64,000 nt of DNA from an uncultured Actinomycetes bacterium (GTDB lineage: Bacteria; Actinomycetota; Acidimicrobiia; IMCC26256; DASPTH01), in assembly GCA_963705625.1 (NCBI GenBank), contig CAVPKG010000001.1:3790-67789 (forward strand), written 5' to 3'. Positions within the stretch are counted from its first letter, which is position 1; every line of letters starts with the position of its first letter. The translations under genes were made by a program, and so were the position numbers. Below, piece after piece: positions 29,450 through 38,466 of the stretch. The notes under the pieces are model-generated. The model searched no databases, was not told where the DNA came from, and worked only from the letters and a program-made list of their open reading frames with translations.

Positions 29450-30787
29450 CTACCGCATGTTGCCCGTGTGGCCGAGCGAGTAGCGCCCGGGCTGTGGCCA
29501 CACGGCGAGCCCATGAGGCTCCGTACCCACTGCGATCTTCGTGATCTCACCGGTGATCGTGTTGATGGCGTAGACGACGTCGTCGTAGCGACCACTGAGC
29601 CAGAGCGTGCCGCCGTCGACGCTCACGTTGCCCATGTCCGGGCTGCCGCCTCCAGGAATGTCCCACGTGACGACGACCGCGTTCGTCGCGAAGTCGATGA
29701 CCGACACAGTCCCCGGGCCGTTCTTGGTGTTGTTGCCGACGTGGTCCTGCCCACGGTTCGCGACGTATAGCTTGGTGCCGTCGCGGTTCGGGTAGAGCCC
29801 GTGCGTGCCGATTCCGGTTGTGATGAAGCCGGTCTCGGTGAAGGTGTACGGGTCGATGGTGTACACACCTCCACGCATCATCTCGGCGACGTAGAAGGTC
29901 TTGCCGTCGGGTGCGACGCGGATGTCCTGCGGCATGCCTCCACCGCTGAGCGTCAGGTAACCCATCACGGTGTGATTCACCGTGTCGACCTTGACCAGGC
30001 TGCCGTTGAACTCGCAGGTGAAGATCGCGAACTTGCCGTCGATCGAGAAGTCGGCGTGGTTCACGCCCGCGCAGTCGGGCACAGCGAGCGACTCCCGCAG
30101 TTGCATCGTGTGTGGATCGCGGAAGTCGAGGCGCTTGAGCGCCTCGGCCACGACGATGGCCGACTTGCCGTCCGGGGTGAAGTACATGTTGTAGGGATCG
30201 TCCACCGGGATCGAGGCGCCCGGCCTGCCGGTGTTCGGATCGATCGGTGTCAGGGTGCCGTCGGTGCGTCCTTCGGCGTTGTTGGTGACCCAGAGCGTCT
30301 TCAGGTCCCACGAGGGGACGACGTGCTGCGGGTTGACGCCCACCTTGAAGGTATCGACCACCTGCATGGTCGCGGGATCGATCACCGAAACGTCGTTCGA
30401 GCGGCGGTTGGGCACGTAGACGCGCGAGAGCGCGCCCTCCACCGCCGGACTCAACTTGCCGGCACCCGCGTCGGAGTACAGGTTGTTCGGATCGGTCACC
30501 GCGGGCATGCCGGGGATCGTGTCGATCTTCTTGGGGCTCGTCGACGACGGCGGGGTGGTCGTCCCACCCGACGTGGTCGTCCCGCCCGACGTGGTCGTCC
30601 CTGCGGTCGCCGTCGTCGTGGTGGACTGCGCTTGCGTACCGCCGTTCCCACCGCTGCATGCGACCGCGACGAGGCCGAGGATCGTGGCCGCCACGATCAG
30701 CCGTCGTGCCCACCGCAGATCGGCGCTCGCCAGCAAGCGACGCACCCTACGCGGCGCGGTCCGCCACGCGGTGGCGCGAAGGCACAC
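29450..30787 (-). CDS. YncE/YVTN-type beta-propeller lipoprotein with Thr/Gly-rich linker
   Basis: A lipobox LVAVACSGG and linker TTTTATAGTTTSGGTTTSGGTTT are followed by repeated ...YV.N..SN.VSVID... blades (YVPNRRSNDVSVIDPAT, LYVANRG...VSVIDFAT). The gene is intact; the true start may be internal. Confidence 0.75.
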   Translation of the reverse strand: MCLRATAWRTAPRRVRRLLASADLRWARRLIVAATILGLVAVACSGGNGGTQAQSTTTTATAGTTTSGGTTTSGGTTTPPSSTSPKKIDTIPGMPAVTDPNNLYSDAGAGKLSPAVEGALSRVYVPNRRSNDVSVIDPATMQVVDTFKVGVNPQHVVPSWDLKTLWVTNNAEGRTDGTLTPIDPNTGRPGASIPVDDPYNMYFTPDGKSAIVVAEALKRLDFRDPHTMQLRESLAVPDCAGVNHADFSIDGKFAIFTCEFNGSLVKVDTVNHTVMGYLTLSGGGMPQDIRVAPDGKTFYVAEMMRGGVYTIDPYTFTETGFITTGIGTHGLYPNRDGTKLYVANRGQDHVGNNTKNGPGTVSVIDFATNAVVVTWDIPGGGSPDMGNVSVDGGTLWLSGRYDDVVYAINTITGEITKIAVGTEPHGLAVWPQPGRYSLGHTGNMR

Positions 30788-30916
30788 TTGCGAACCGGGC
30801 GGGGGACGCAGCCGTGGCGGGGACCGACTTCCGGGCGAGCAAACGCGCGCGCGTGGGTGCGGAAGCCGCTCCCGAACGCGTGCTTTTGGACGTCGAGAGC
30901 GCCGCGACGCCGCAGA

Positions 30917-31621
30917 TCACACGTCGCGTTCGAGTCGCCAGCCGGTTTCGTCCATCAGGAGGCGATGGCGCGGTCCCGGCTTCTCCGCGTCGCCGTCGCC
31001 GTAGCCGGCGTCGCCCGCCCACATGGAAACGCCGACTCCGTCGACGCGACCCATGCGCGTGACGTACACGTCAGGCTCGGCCGCGCCCAGTCGCGCGAGA
31101 AGGTTGTCGACCGACTCCGCGCTTGCAAGCGTGTGCAAGGTCACCCAGGTTGGCGGGATGATCAAGATCTCGCCCGCATCGCGACGACGCATCGCGTCAG
31201 CCGGCCTGATCCAGACATGGTCGCGGATCTCACCGTCATCCACGACAACCATGCCGCTCGGCGCGCGCGCGGCGAAGAACCAGGTCGCGAACCGTCGTCG
31301 GGTGCCGGCACCGTGCGGTGGCGTCCAGTGCGCGAACCACACCAGCCCGTCGGGGTCGACCGTGAGCCCGGCCTCTTCCATCGCCTCGCGGGCGGCGGCG
31401 TTGCGGGCGGCCTCGAACACCGCGTCGGGATCGTCGGCGGCCGCGCCGTTGGGGTAGTCCTCGGGGTCGATCCGCCCGCCGGGGAAGACCCACGCGCCGC
31501 CGGCGAACGCGAGCTGGGTGTCGCGCCGGAGCATGAGCGTCTCGATGCCCTCGGGCGTGTCGCGCAGCAGCACGACCGTGGCCGCAGGCACCGCCGGCTC
31601 TGGCGCGCCCTCGTCGCTCAC
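30917..31621 (-). CDS. NUDIX hydrolase
   Basis: GTG 31621 (VSDEGAPEP). The NUDIX box reads GGAWVFPGGRIDPED...AREAMEEAGL. It is part of ORF 30917..31819. Confidence 0.75.
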   Translation of the reverse strand: MSDEGAPEPAVPAATVVLLRDTPEGIETLMLRRDTQLAFAGGAWVFPGGRIDPEDYPNGAAADDPDAVFEAARNAAAREAMEEAGLTVDPDGLVWFAHWTPPHGAGTRRRFATWFFAARAPSGMVVVDDGEIRDHVWIRPADAMRRRDAGEILIIPPTWVTLHTLASAESVDNLLARLGAAEPDVYVTRMGRVDGVGVSMWAGDAGYGDGDAEKPGPRHRLLMDETGWRLERDV

Positions 31622-31734
31622 GGGTCCATTCCCATCGAGCCCGACAGTATCGGCCCCTGACCCATGGGTCGGGAGTGCGTGAGTTCGCGGCCTCGCGCTA
31701 GGTTCGGGCGCCGCACAGCACTTGGGAGTCGTCG

Positions 31735-32607
31735 ATGAAACCCGCTGCGTTCGAATACCACGCCCCCGAGACGGTCGCCGATGTCGCTTCACTGCTCGCC
31801 GAGCACGGCGACGACGCAAAGGTCCTCGCCGGTGGCCAGAGCCTCGTGCCGTTGCTGGCCATGCGGCTCACACGGTTCCCACACATCGTCGACCTCAACC
31901 GGGTGGCCGAGCTGAGCGGCGTCGAGAGCCAGAACGGCACGCTCACGATCAAGGCGATGACACGGCAGTCGGCGGCCGAGCACGACGCAACCGTCGCGGC
32001 TTCGGCCCCGCTGATCGCACAAGCGCTCCCGATGATCGGGCACTTCCAGATCAGGAACCGCGGAACGATCGGAGGATCGATCGCGCACGCCGATCCTGCG
32101 TCCGAGCTCCCGGCCGTCGCGCTGGCGCTCGACGCCGAGCTCGAAGCCGCGCGAACGGGATCAACCCGTCGCATCCCTGCGGCCGAGTTCTTCGAAGGGA
32201 CCTGGACCACCACGCTCGAGCCCGAGGAGCTGCTCACTGCGGTTCACGTTCCGGTCTGGGAAGGCAGGTGCGGCTTCGTGGTCGATGAGATCGCGCGCCG
32301 GAGCGGCGACTTCGCGCTCGCCGGCGTGGTCTGTGCGGTCGAATTGGACGACTCGGGCGCGGTGAGCCGTTCTGCGATCGGGTTGTTCGGCATGGGCCCC
32401 ACGCCCGTACACGCCCGCGACGCGGAGGCCGCGCTGAACGGCAGCACGCCCACCGCGACCGAGCTTGCCGAAGTGGCGCGTCTCGCGTCCGCTGCTTGTA
32501 GTCCAACCGACGACGTGCACGCGTCGGCCGAGTACCGAACACATGTGAGCGCGCATCTCGTGCAGCGCGCGCTCGATCGAGCACTGGGAGACGCGCGGAG
32601 TGGCTGA
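31735..32607 (+). CDS. xanthine dehydrogenase/CO dehydrogenase family FAD-binding medium subunit (CoxM/CutM-like)
   Basis: AKVLAGGQSLVPLLAMRL and FQIRNRGTIGGSIAHADPASELP are present. The gene is intact. Confidence 0.85.
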   Translation: MKPAAFEYHAPETVADVASLLAEHGDDAKVLAGGQSLVPLLAMRLTRFPHIVDLNRVAELSGVESQNGTLTIKAMTRQSAAEHDATVAASAPLIAQALPMIGHFQIRNRGTIGGSIAHADPASELPAVALALDAELEAARTGSTRRIPAAEFFEGTWTTTLEPEELLTAVHVPVWEGRCGFVVDEIARRSGDFALAGVVCAVELDDSGAVSRSAIGLFGMGPTPVHARDAEAALNGSTPTATELAEVARLASAACSPTDDVHASAEYRTHVSAHLVQRALDRALGDARSG

Positions 32608-33082
32608 GCACGCGATCACGCTGACGGTCAACGGGGAGCAACGCCGCGGTCGCGCCGAGGCGCGCAAGACGCTGGCCGACTTCCTGCGAGAAGACCTCGC
32701 GCTGACCGGCACACACCTCGGGTGCGAGCACGGAGTGTGTGGCGCCTGCACCGTGCTCGTCGATGGTGCTGCGGTCCGCTCGTGCCTGATGTTCGCCGTG
32801 CAGGCCGAGGGCGCTGACGTCGTGACGATCGAGGGCATCGGTCCGCCCGACGGCACGCTCGGTCCCGTGCAGGAGGCGTTCCGTCAGGCGCACGGCCTGC
32901 AGTGCGGGTTCTGCACTCCCGGCTTCGTCGTCTCGGTACACGCCTTCCTGCAGCAGAACCCGAACCCTACGCTCGACGAGATCCGCGAGGGGCTCTCGGG
33001 CAACTTGTGCCGCTGCACCGGCTACCAGGGAATCATCAAGGCGGTGCAGATCGCCGCGGAGTCGATGAGTGCCAAGTCGTGA
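32600..33082 (+). CDS. (2Fe-2S)-binding small subunit (CoxS/CutS-like)
   Basis: GCEHGVCGACTVLVDG and QCGFCTPGF...NLCRCTGY are present. It overlaps the medium-subunit stop by 8 nt. Confidence 0.9.
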   Translation: MAEHAITLTVNGEQRRGRAEARKTLADFLREDLALTGTHLGCEHGVCGACTVLVDGAAVRSCLMFAVQAEGADVVTIEGIGPPDGTLGPVQEAFRQAHGLQCGFCTPGFVVSVHAFLQQNPNPTLDEIREGLSGNLCRCTGYQGIIKAVQIAAESMSAKS

Positions 33083-33107
33083 GCCGATTCGCAGGGAGAG
33101 GGTGCAC

Positions 33108-33827
33108 ATGTTGACGCAGACGATCGAGTTGTCGACGGCCGACGGTCCGATGGCGGTGTTCGAAGCAGTGCCGGACGAGAAGGCTCGCGGCGCCGTCGTC
33201 GTGATCCAGGAGGCGTTCGGCGTGAACAGCCATATCGAAGACGTCGCGCGCCGATTCGCCGAGGAGGGCTACCACGCGGTTGCGCCTGCGATCTTCCACC
33301 GTGCCGGAGGCGGCACCGCGCCATACGACGACTTCAGCAAGGTGATGCCGCTCTTCGAGGGGTTGACCGACGACGGTGTGCTCATGGACGTCGACGCCAC
33401 GATCGACCACCTGCACGAGGCGGGCTTCGCCGACGCCGGCATCGGGATCGTCGGCTTCTGCTTCGGTGGCCGGGTGACGTTCCTGATCGCGGCGCGGCGA
33501 AAGATCGGCGCGGGAGTGGGTTTCTACGGCGGCGGGATCACCCACAACAGCCAGGGAATGGCGGCGCCGCTCGCCAGCGAAGCGGGATCTCTCCAAACCC
33601 CGTGGCTCGGATTGTTCGGCGACGAAGACGTGATGATCCCCGTCGACGGCGTCGAAGACCTGCGGGCGAACCTCGGCGACGCGTCGGTGAAGACCGAGGT
33701 CGTGCGCTACCCCGGCGCCGGGCACGGCTTCCACTGCGACGAGCGTGAGAGCTACCACGAAGAGTCGGCGAAGGACGGCTGGCGCCGGGCTCTGGACTGG
33801 TTCTCGGGCAACCTCGCTGCTGCCTGA
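33108..33827 (+). CDS. dienelactone hydrolase family protein
   Basis: MLTQTIELSTADGPM...GAVVVIQEAFGVN.HIEDVARRFAEEGY.AVAP...IGIVGFCFGG...GAGHGFHCD. Confidence 0.85.
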   Translation: MLTQTIELSTADGPMAVFEAVPDEKARGAVVVIQEAFGVNSHIEDVARRFAEEGYHAVAPAIFHRAGGGTAPYDDFSKVMPLFEGLTDDGVLMDVDATIDHLHEAGFADAGIGIVGFCFGGRVTFLIAARRKIGAGVGFYGGGITHNSQGMAAPLASEAGSLQTPWLGLFGDEDVMIPVDGVEDLRANLGDASVKTEVVRYPGAGHGFHCDERESYHEESAKDGWRRALDWFSGNLAAA

Positions 33828-33943
33828 CATCCACCCCCGACTGCGATCTTTCCCGAGTCTTTGCCGGAGCCGGGGGGTTTGCACGACCGCCGGCGGGCAG
33901 ACTGCGCGGCGGGCGCAGAGAGAGCGGAAGAGCGGAGGCAGGC

Positions 33944-34822
33944 GTGGCCGGCAACCTCGTGCAAGCCGAGCAGCACCGTTCGGCCGCTGAACCTCGCGCC
34001 TCGGCGAGCGGCTGGACCTGGCACTGGGTGGGCTGGGCCTCCTGGCCGGTGACTCCGGCAGTTCTCGTCGTCGCGTTCGTGGTGGTCGCCCTCGACGTCG
34101 GATCTGCGTGGTCGGGCCGGCCGTCGTGGGCGATCGGAACCGTGCTCGTGTCGCCCGCGTTGCCCGCGGCCGCGTTGTTGGTGTTGCTCGTCGGATGGAC
34201 GCGCGCAGGCGGCTCGCGTCGTTCGTTGTCCGCGTGGCGGGAGTACCTCGTCGGCGGCTCGCTCACCGTGCTCGTCGCCGCGTTCGCATACGCACAGACG
34301 GTCGCAGGATGGCGCGAGGTCGAGGGTGTCACGCTCGCGGCCACCGGTGAGGAGATCGTCTACCGGCTCGCGGCCGTGCTCCTGATCGGCGCGGTGTGTG
34401 CGCGGATCTGCGGCCGGGATTGGCGTGACACCGCGCGGTGGGGTACCGGTCCGATCGTCGTTGCACTCGTCGGCGGCGCGCTGGTGTTCAGCGTGCTGCC
34501 CGGGCACGTCGAGCAGATGACCGGCGCGACGAGCATCGTCCCGTTCGCGAGCCTCGCCATGCTGCTCGGCTATGTCGCGTTGCGCACGGGTTCGCTCCTG
34601 CCGGGGATCGTGGTGCACGTGCTCCTCGACATCATCACGCTCGCGTACTTCGCCGGTGAGCTCTCGACCTCAGAACGTGTCGCGGGCGCGGCGACGGCAC
34701 TCACTGCGTTGGTTCTCGGTCTCATGGTTGCGGGTCGGCGCTTGGGGCTCCGCCGTCGGGTGCCTTCGGTGATCGACCTGCGCGATCCCGCGCCTGTCGC
34801 GATTCCGCCAGCAATCGGCTGA
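33944..34822 (+). CDS. CPBP family intramembrane glutamic endopeptidase (CAAX protease/Abi-like)
   Basis: The protein is multi-TM. Motif 1 is TGEEIVYRLAAV and motif 2 is LPGIVVHVLLDI. Confidence 0.65.
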   Translation: MAGNLVQAEQHRSAAEPRASASGWTWHWVGWASWPVTPAVLVVAFVVVALDVGSAWSGRPSWAIGTVLVSPALPAAALLVLLVGWTRAGGSRRSLSAWREYLVGGSLTVLVAAFAYAQTVAGWREVEGVTLAATGEEIVYRLAAVLLIGAVCARICGRDWRDTARWGTGPIVVALVGGALVFSVLPGHVEQMTGATSIVPFASLAMLLGYVALRTGSLLPGIVVHVLLDIITLAYFAGELSTSERVAGAATALTALVLGLMVAGRRLGLRRRVPSVIDLRDPAPVAIPPAIG

Positions 34823-34830
34823 CCTCCGCG

Positions 34831-35340
34831 TCAGTGGTCTGGCGAAAGTCTTGGTACCACTGGCCGATCGCGACGAACGGCCGAGGGCTCGCAACGCAGA
34901 TCACCGCGTCGGCGATTGGCGCGAGCTCGGCGAGGGTGTCGGTCGGCGCCACCGGAACTGCGAGCACGACTCGGCGAGCACCGTGTGCGCGGGCGACCTG
35001 CATCGCCGCGCGCGCGGTTCGGCGCATCGCCGCGGAACTGACGCGCGCGCCGTTGCAGTTCGGCACGTTCGCGGGCTTCCACCGCTTGCACCGCGCGTTC
35101 CGAGATGCGGAGATGCCGGATCACCTCGGGGTTGAGGACGCGGATACCGTCCTCGCCGATCGCGCCCATCGCGAGCTCGGGTTGCGAGGGTACGCCGAGC
35201 TTGCGCACGACTCGAGCAGCATGTACGCCGTGATGTCGCCTCGGCGAAGAAACGACGGCGACGCGGGCACGCAGCCCGCGCCGCTCGTCGCTATGCCGGG
35301 AGGGGCCGGCACGACCCCATTGTCACCCCCGTCCATGGCA
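34831..35340 (-). pseudogene. type I phosphoribosyltransferase-like gene (COG1926-type), frameshifted and lacking the PRPP-binding loop
   Basis: VRKLGVPSQPELAMGAIGEDGIRVLNPEV...VEARERAELQRRARQFRG is in ORF 34831..35208. TARAAMQVARAHGARRVVLAVPVAP...ICVASPRPFVAIGQWYQDFRQTTDAEV is in ORF 34722..35066. Only ~6 codons join them where homologues carry ...GRTVVVVDDGIATGST. Confidence 0.55.
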
Positions 35341-35402
35341 CACGTAAACCTGGGGAGTCCCTCGATGTACCGGTACGCCCGGTCGGGGCTCGAGCCGGGC
35401 CG

Positions 35403-36014
35403 TCAGTCCTCGGCTCGGACTCCTCGCAGACCGAACCAGGCGAGCTCGGCGACCCAGTGCGCAAGCTGCTCGGGATTGTGGGGCCCGTCGGGATCGGTGA
35501 GTGCGTGGCGGCTGATGCCCTCGGCCATCCCGACGATGGCGTGTGCCAGCACGAGCCGGTGCTCCGGCGAGCCCGGGATCTCGATCAGGGTGCTCACCGC
35601 CGCCGCCGCGCGCGCGAGCACGTTGTCGACGACGTCGGCGAACTCGGCGTCGTTGCGCGCCGACGCGCCGAACAAGAGGCGGAACGCCGCGCGGTCGCCC
35701 TCGACGAATCGGAAGTAGGCGGCGAAACCCTGTTCCACGCGCGCTCGTCCGGTCTCGACGCTGCTCGTGGCGTCGACCAACACCGAGAGCAGGCGCTCGC
35801 CCACGTTCTCGAGGACGGCGACGAACAGCGCGCGCTTCGACGGAAAGTGTTGGTAGAAGACGGGCTTGGTGACTCCGGCTGCCTGCGCGAGGTCGTCCAT
35901 CGCAGTTGCGTAGAAGCCGCGCTCCGCGAATTCGACGCACGCGACGTCGAGGAGCTGGCGCCGCCGTTCTTCGGGCGCGAGCCGCAGGGGGGCCGAGCGG
36001 CGCGCGGTGGTCAC
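35403..36014 (-). CDS. TetR/AcrR family transcriptional regulator
   Basis: GTG 36014 overlaps the AKR stop (GTGA). The HTH reads RRRQLLDVACVEFAERGFYATAMDDLAQAAGVTKPVFYQHFPSKRALF. Confidence 0.8.
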   Translation of the reverse strand: MTTARRSAPLRLAPEERRRQLLDVACVEFAERGFYATAMDDLAQAAGVTKPVFYQHFPSKRALFVAVLENVGERLLSVLVDATSSVETGRARVEQGFAAYFRFVEGDRAAFRLLFGASARNDAEFADVVDNVLARAAAAVSTLIEIPGSPEHRLVLAHAIVGMAEGISRHALTDPDGPHNPEQLAHWVAELAWFGLRGVRAED

Positions 36015-37042
36015 CCGCGGGTGCTCGACTTCAGCGGCATCTCGTAGCGGTTGGTGACGCCGAAGTTGTCGCGCCAACGCTCGTCGAGCTGCGCACGCTC
36101 GTCGTCGGTGAGCGGAAGATCGGACGCGGCGGCGTACTCGCGCACGTCGTCGATCGACAGGCAGGTGGGGAGCACGGTGGTGAAGGCGGGGTTCGCGAGG
36201 ATCCCGACGATGGCAGCCTGCCCGATCGTGCGCCCGGTGTCCTCCCAGAGGAAGGTGAGCGTCTCGGCCTTGTCGAAGTTGTCGAGCATGTTGTCGCGGT
36301 TGCGATGTGCCCGATGGTCGCCCGGCGGAAACTCCGTGTCGCGCGTGATCTTGCCCGAGAGCGTGTCGGACGCGTGCGGGACTCGGGCGATGAGGCCGAC
36401 CTTGCCTTCGACCACGTTGGGCTCGGCGGCGAAGGTGAGGCCCGGTTCCTGCTCGAGGATGTTGAAGACCGTCTGGAGCGACACGATCGGACGTTCGCGA
36501 ACCGAGTCGAGGCCTTCATCGACCCATCCGATCGCCGGACCGAGTGCGACGCCGAGCTCGCGTACCTTGCCTTCCACGCGGAACTGCTCGAGCTCCTCCC
36601 AGAGCGCGTCGTCGTGGATCGGGTCGATGCGCGTGTTGTGCAGTTGGTAGAGGTCGATGTGGTCGGTGCCGAGCCGGCGCAGCGACGCTTCGAGCTGCGC
36701 GCGGATCGACGCGGGCTGCCAATCCTGCGGCCGTTCCGACTGGCCGGGGTACGTGCGTGGCGCCTCGATGTCGTAACCACACTTGGTCGTGAGGACGATC
36801 TCGTCGCGGTTCGACTTCAGCAGATCGGCGAGCAGGGATTCGCCGACACCGTCGTCGCCGTAGACGGGCGCGGTGTCGATGAAGTTGATGCCGGCATCGA
36901 GCGCGGCGTGCAACATGCCCCGCGGGTCGTCGACGCGACCCCACCAGTCGCTTGCGAGCGTCCATACGCCGAAACCGACCTCGGACACCTCGAGATCGCT
37001 TCGGCCGAAGCGTCGGTAGCGCACGGTGACTCCTTCGCCCAA
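36011..37042 (-). CDS. aldo/keto reductase
   Basis: YRRFGRSDLEVSEVGFGVW, GINFIDTAPVYG, IVLTTKCG and DHIDLYQLHN are present. The gene is intact. Confidence 0.85.
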   Translation of the reverse strand: MGEGVTVRYRRFGRSDLEVSEVGFGVWTLASDWWGRVDDPRGMLHAALDAGINFIDTAPVYGDDGVGESLLADLLKSNRDEIVLTTKCGYDIEAPRTYPGQSERPQDWQPASIRAQLEASLRRLGTDHIDLYQLHNTRIDPIHDDALWEELEQFRVEGKVRELGVALGPAIGWVDEGLDSVRERPIVSLQTVFNILEQEPGLTFAAEPNVVEGKVGLIARVPHASDTLSGKITRDTEFPPGDHRAHRNRDNMLDNFDKAETLTFLWEDTGRTIGQAAIVGILANPAFTTVLPTCLSIDDVREYAAASDLPLTDDERAQLDERWRDNFGVTNRYEMPLKSSTRG

Positions 37043-37063
37043 ACAGTGTTCGGCGCGCGCAAT

Positions 37064-37363
37064 CTACTGCCGTCCGGCACCGGGATTCCCACCCTGACCT
37101 TGTTCTCGGTCCTCTCGCTCGGCCGCGCGCAGTCCGTACCCGAGCACGATGGGTACCGGGAGCACGACGCATGCCCCAACGAGCGCGACGACGGTGACGG
37201 TGACGGCCCAGTCAGGAAATCCAGCGACCGCGGCGGCCAAGAATGCGACCATTGCGGCGAGCAGCAGCAGATAGCCAACTCGCTTCGCGAGCGTGACCGC
37301 GCGTGCGATTCGAGCCCGACGCTCGACGACGGGATCGGAGTTCGGCCCTACCACGCTTCCCAT
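37064..37363 (-). CDS. small two-TM membrane protein, hypothetical
   Basis: ORF 37064..37363(-) reads VGYLLLLAAMVAFLAAAVAGF / VTVTVVALVGACVVLPVPIVLGYG. It overlaps the upstream GT4 stop by 16 nt. Confidence 0.4.
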   Translation of the reverse strand: MGSVVGPNSDPVVERRARIARAVTLAKRVGYLLLLAAMVAFLAAAVAGFPDWAVTVTVVALVGACVVLPVPIVLGYGLRAAEREDREQGQGGNPGAGRQ

Positions 37364-38427
37364 CCGGCTCGCGTGAAGGCCGCCGCGAGACGGTCAGGGA
37401 GGTCGGTGATCGAGCAGTGTGGCCGCACACGGTCGACATTCGCCTCGAGCACTTCGGGTCGGGGATCGAGGAGCCACTCCCGGGCACCCCGAGGGTCGTC
37501 GACCGACAGGAGCTCGACGCCGAACGCGCGCAGCTCGTCGAGTACTGGATAGCTCCCGATGGCGATCGGTCGTCGGTGTGCGATCGACTCGATGACAGGA
37601 TTGCCGAATCCCTCCCATGTCGACGGGTAGACGACGAGGTCGGCCGCGGCGTACGCGTCCGCGGCCGACGCCGCGCGACCGACTTCGATGGGAACCGTCG
37701 CGTCCTCGAGGATCCGCGCGAACACGAGGTCGTACCCGTCTTCGGCGGGTCCGGTGATCCAGAGCCGCACCGGCCGCGTCTCGAGGGCCGCGAGCTCGGT
37801 GGCGAACTCGACTGCCGCCGGGACGTTCTTGCGAGGGATGGCACGCGCCGGTAGGAGCAGAACGAGATCGTCGAGTGCAAATCCGAATGCTTCGCGGGTC
37901 GCGACGCGATCGCCGCGCGGAGGATCGAGATCGAACGTGTTCCGGATGGTTACGGCTTCGAAGCCACGATGTTCGAGTTGGACGCGCGAGTAGTCGTTGA
38001 CTGTCACGTGCAGCGAGTTTGGTCGGTGCGGCGGGAGACCCTCAGGCGTCGAGAGCCCCGCGCGTTGCCAGGGCAGGTCGTGATGATGGAAGGTCACCGC
38101 GCCGTTGTGCTCGGCGAGGACCTCGGCGGCCAGCGTCGAGGCGTCGGGATTGATCGGGAGCGAGCACAAGTTCTCGACCACCACGAGATCGGCGCCGGCG
38201 AGCGCGGCCGCGAGCGCGACGGGATCCGGTGCGCTTGCTTCAGCCGGATCGATGGCAAGGAACGGGAGCCAGGCGTCGTCGGGACGCAATCCGTCGTCGA
38301 GCTCACCTGCGACCCGTCGGACACGAAAACCGAGCTCGTGCAACGCCCACTCCCACTTGCGAGCTTCAACGGCAACACCGTCGGCGCCACCGAGTCGATA
38401 AGAGACCATCACCGCGACGGGCTTCAT
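37348..38427 (-). CDS. glycosyltransferase family 4-like (GT-B fold)
   Basis: ORF 37348..38427(-) has an EX7E-type C-terminal motif region: ADLVVYPSTWEGFGNPVIESIAHRRP. The gene is intact. Confidence 0.75.
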   Translation of the reverse strand: MKPVAVMVSYRLGGADGVAVEARKWEWALHELGFRVRRVAGELDDGLRPDDAWLPFLAIDPAEASAPDPVALAAALAGADLVVVENLCSLPINPDASTLAAEVLAEHNGAVTFHHHDLPWQRAGLSTPEGLPPHRPNSLHVTVNDYSRVQLEHRGFEAVTIRNTFDLDPPRGDRVATREAFGFALDDLVLLLPARAIPRKNVPAAVEFATELAALETRPVRLWITGPAEDGYDLVFARILEDATVPIEVGRAASAADAYAAADLVVYPSTWEGFGNPVIESIAHRRPIAIGSYPVLDELRAFGVELLSVDDPRGAREWLLDPRPEVLEANVDRVRPHCSITDLPDRLAAAFTRAGWEAW

Positions 38428-38466
38428 CGGACGGGAAGGTTCGCGCGAGTCGAAGGGCCGCGCGTG

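Noticed and set aside
33895-33935. Possible degenerate REP copies at 33895-33935 (CTGCGCggcggGCGCAGAGAGAGCGGAAGAGCGGA) and ~51180-51245 (GTCGCTCGACCCGAACGGCCGG…)
   Set aside because: Only short pieces of the flanking GAGCGA-type motifs match, and the TAT-loop hairpin is absent. They are too divergent to call without a genome-wide model.
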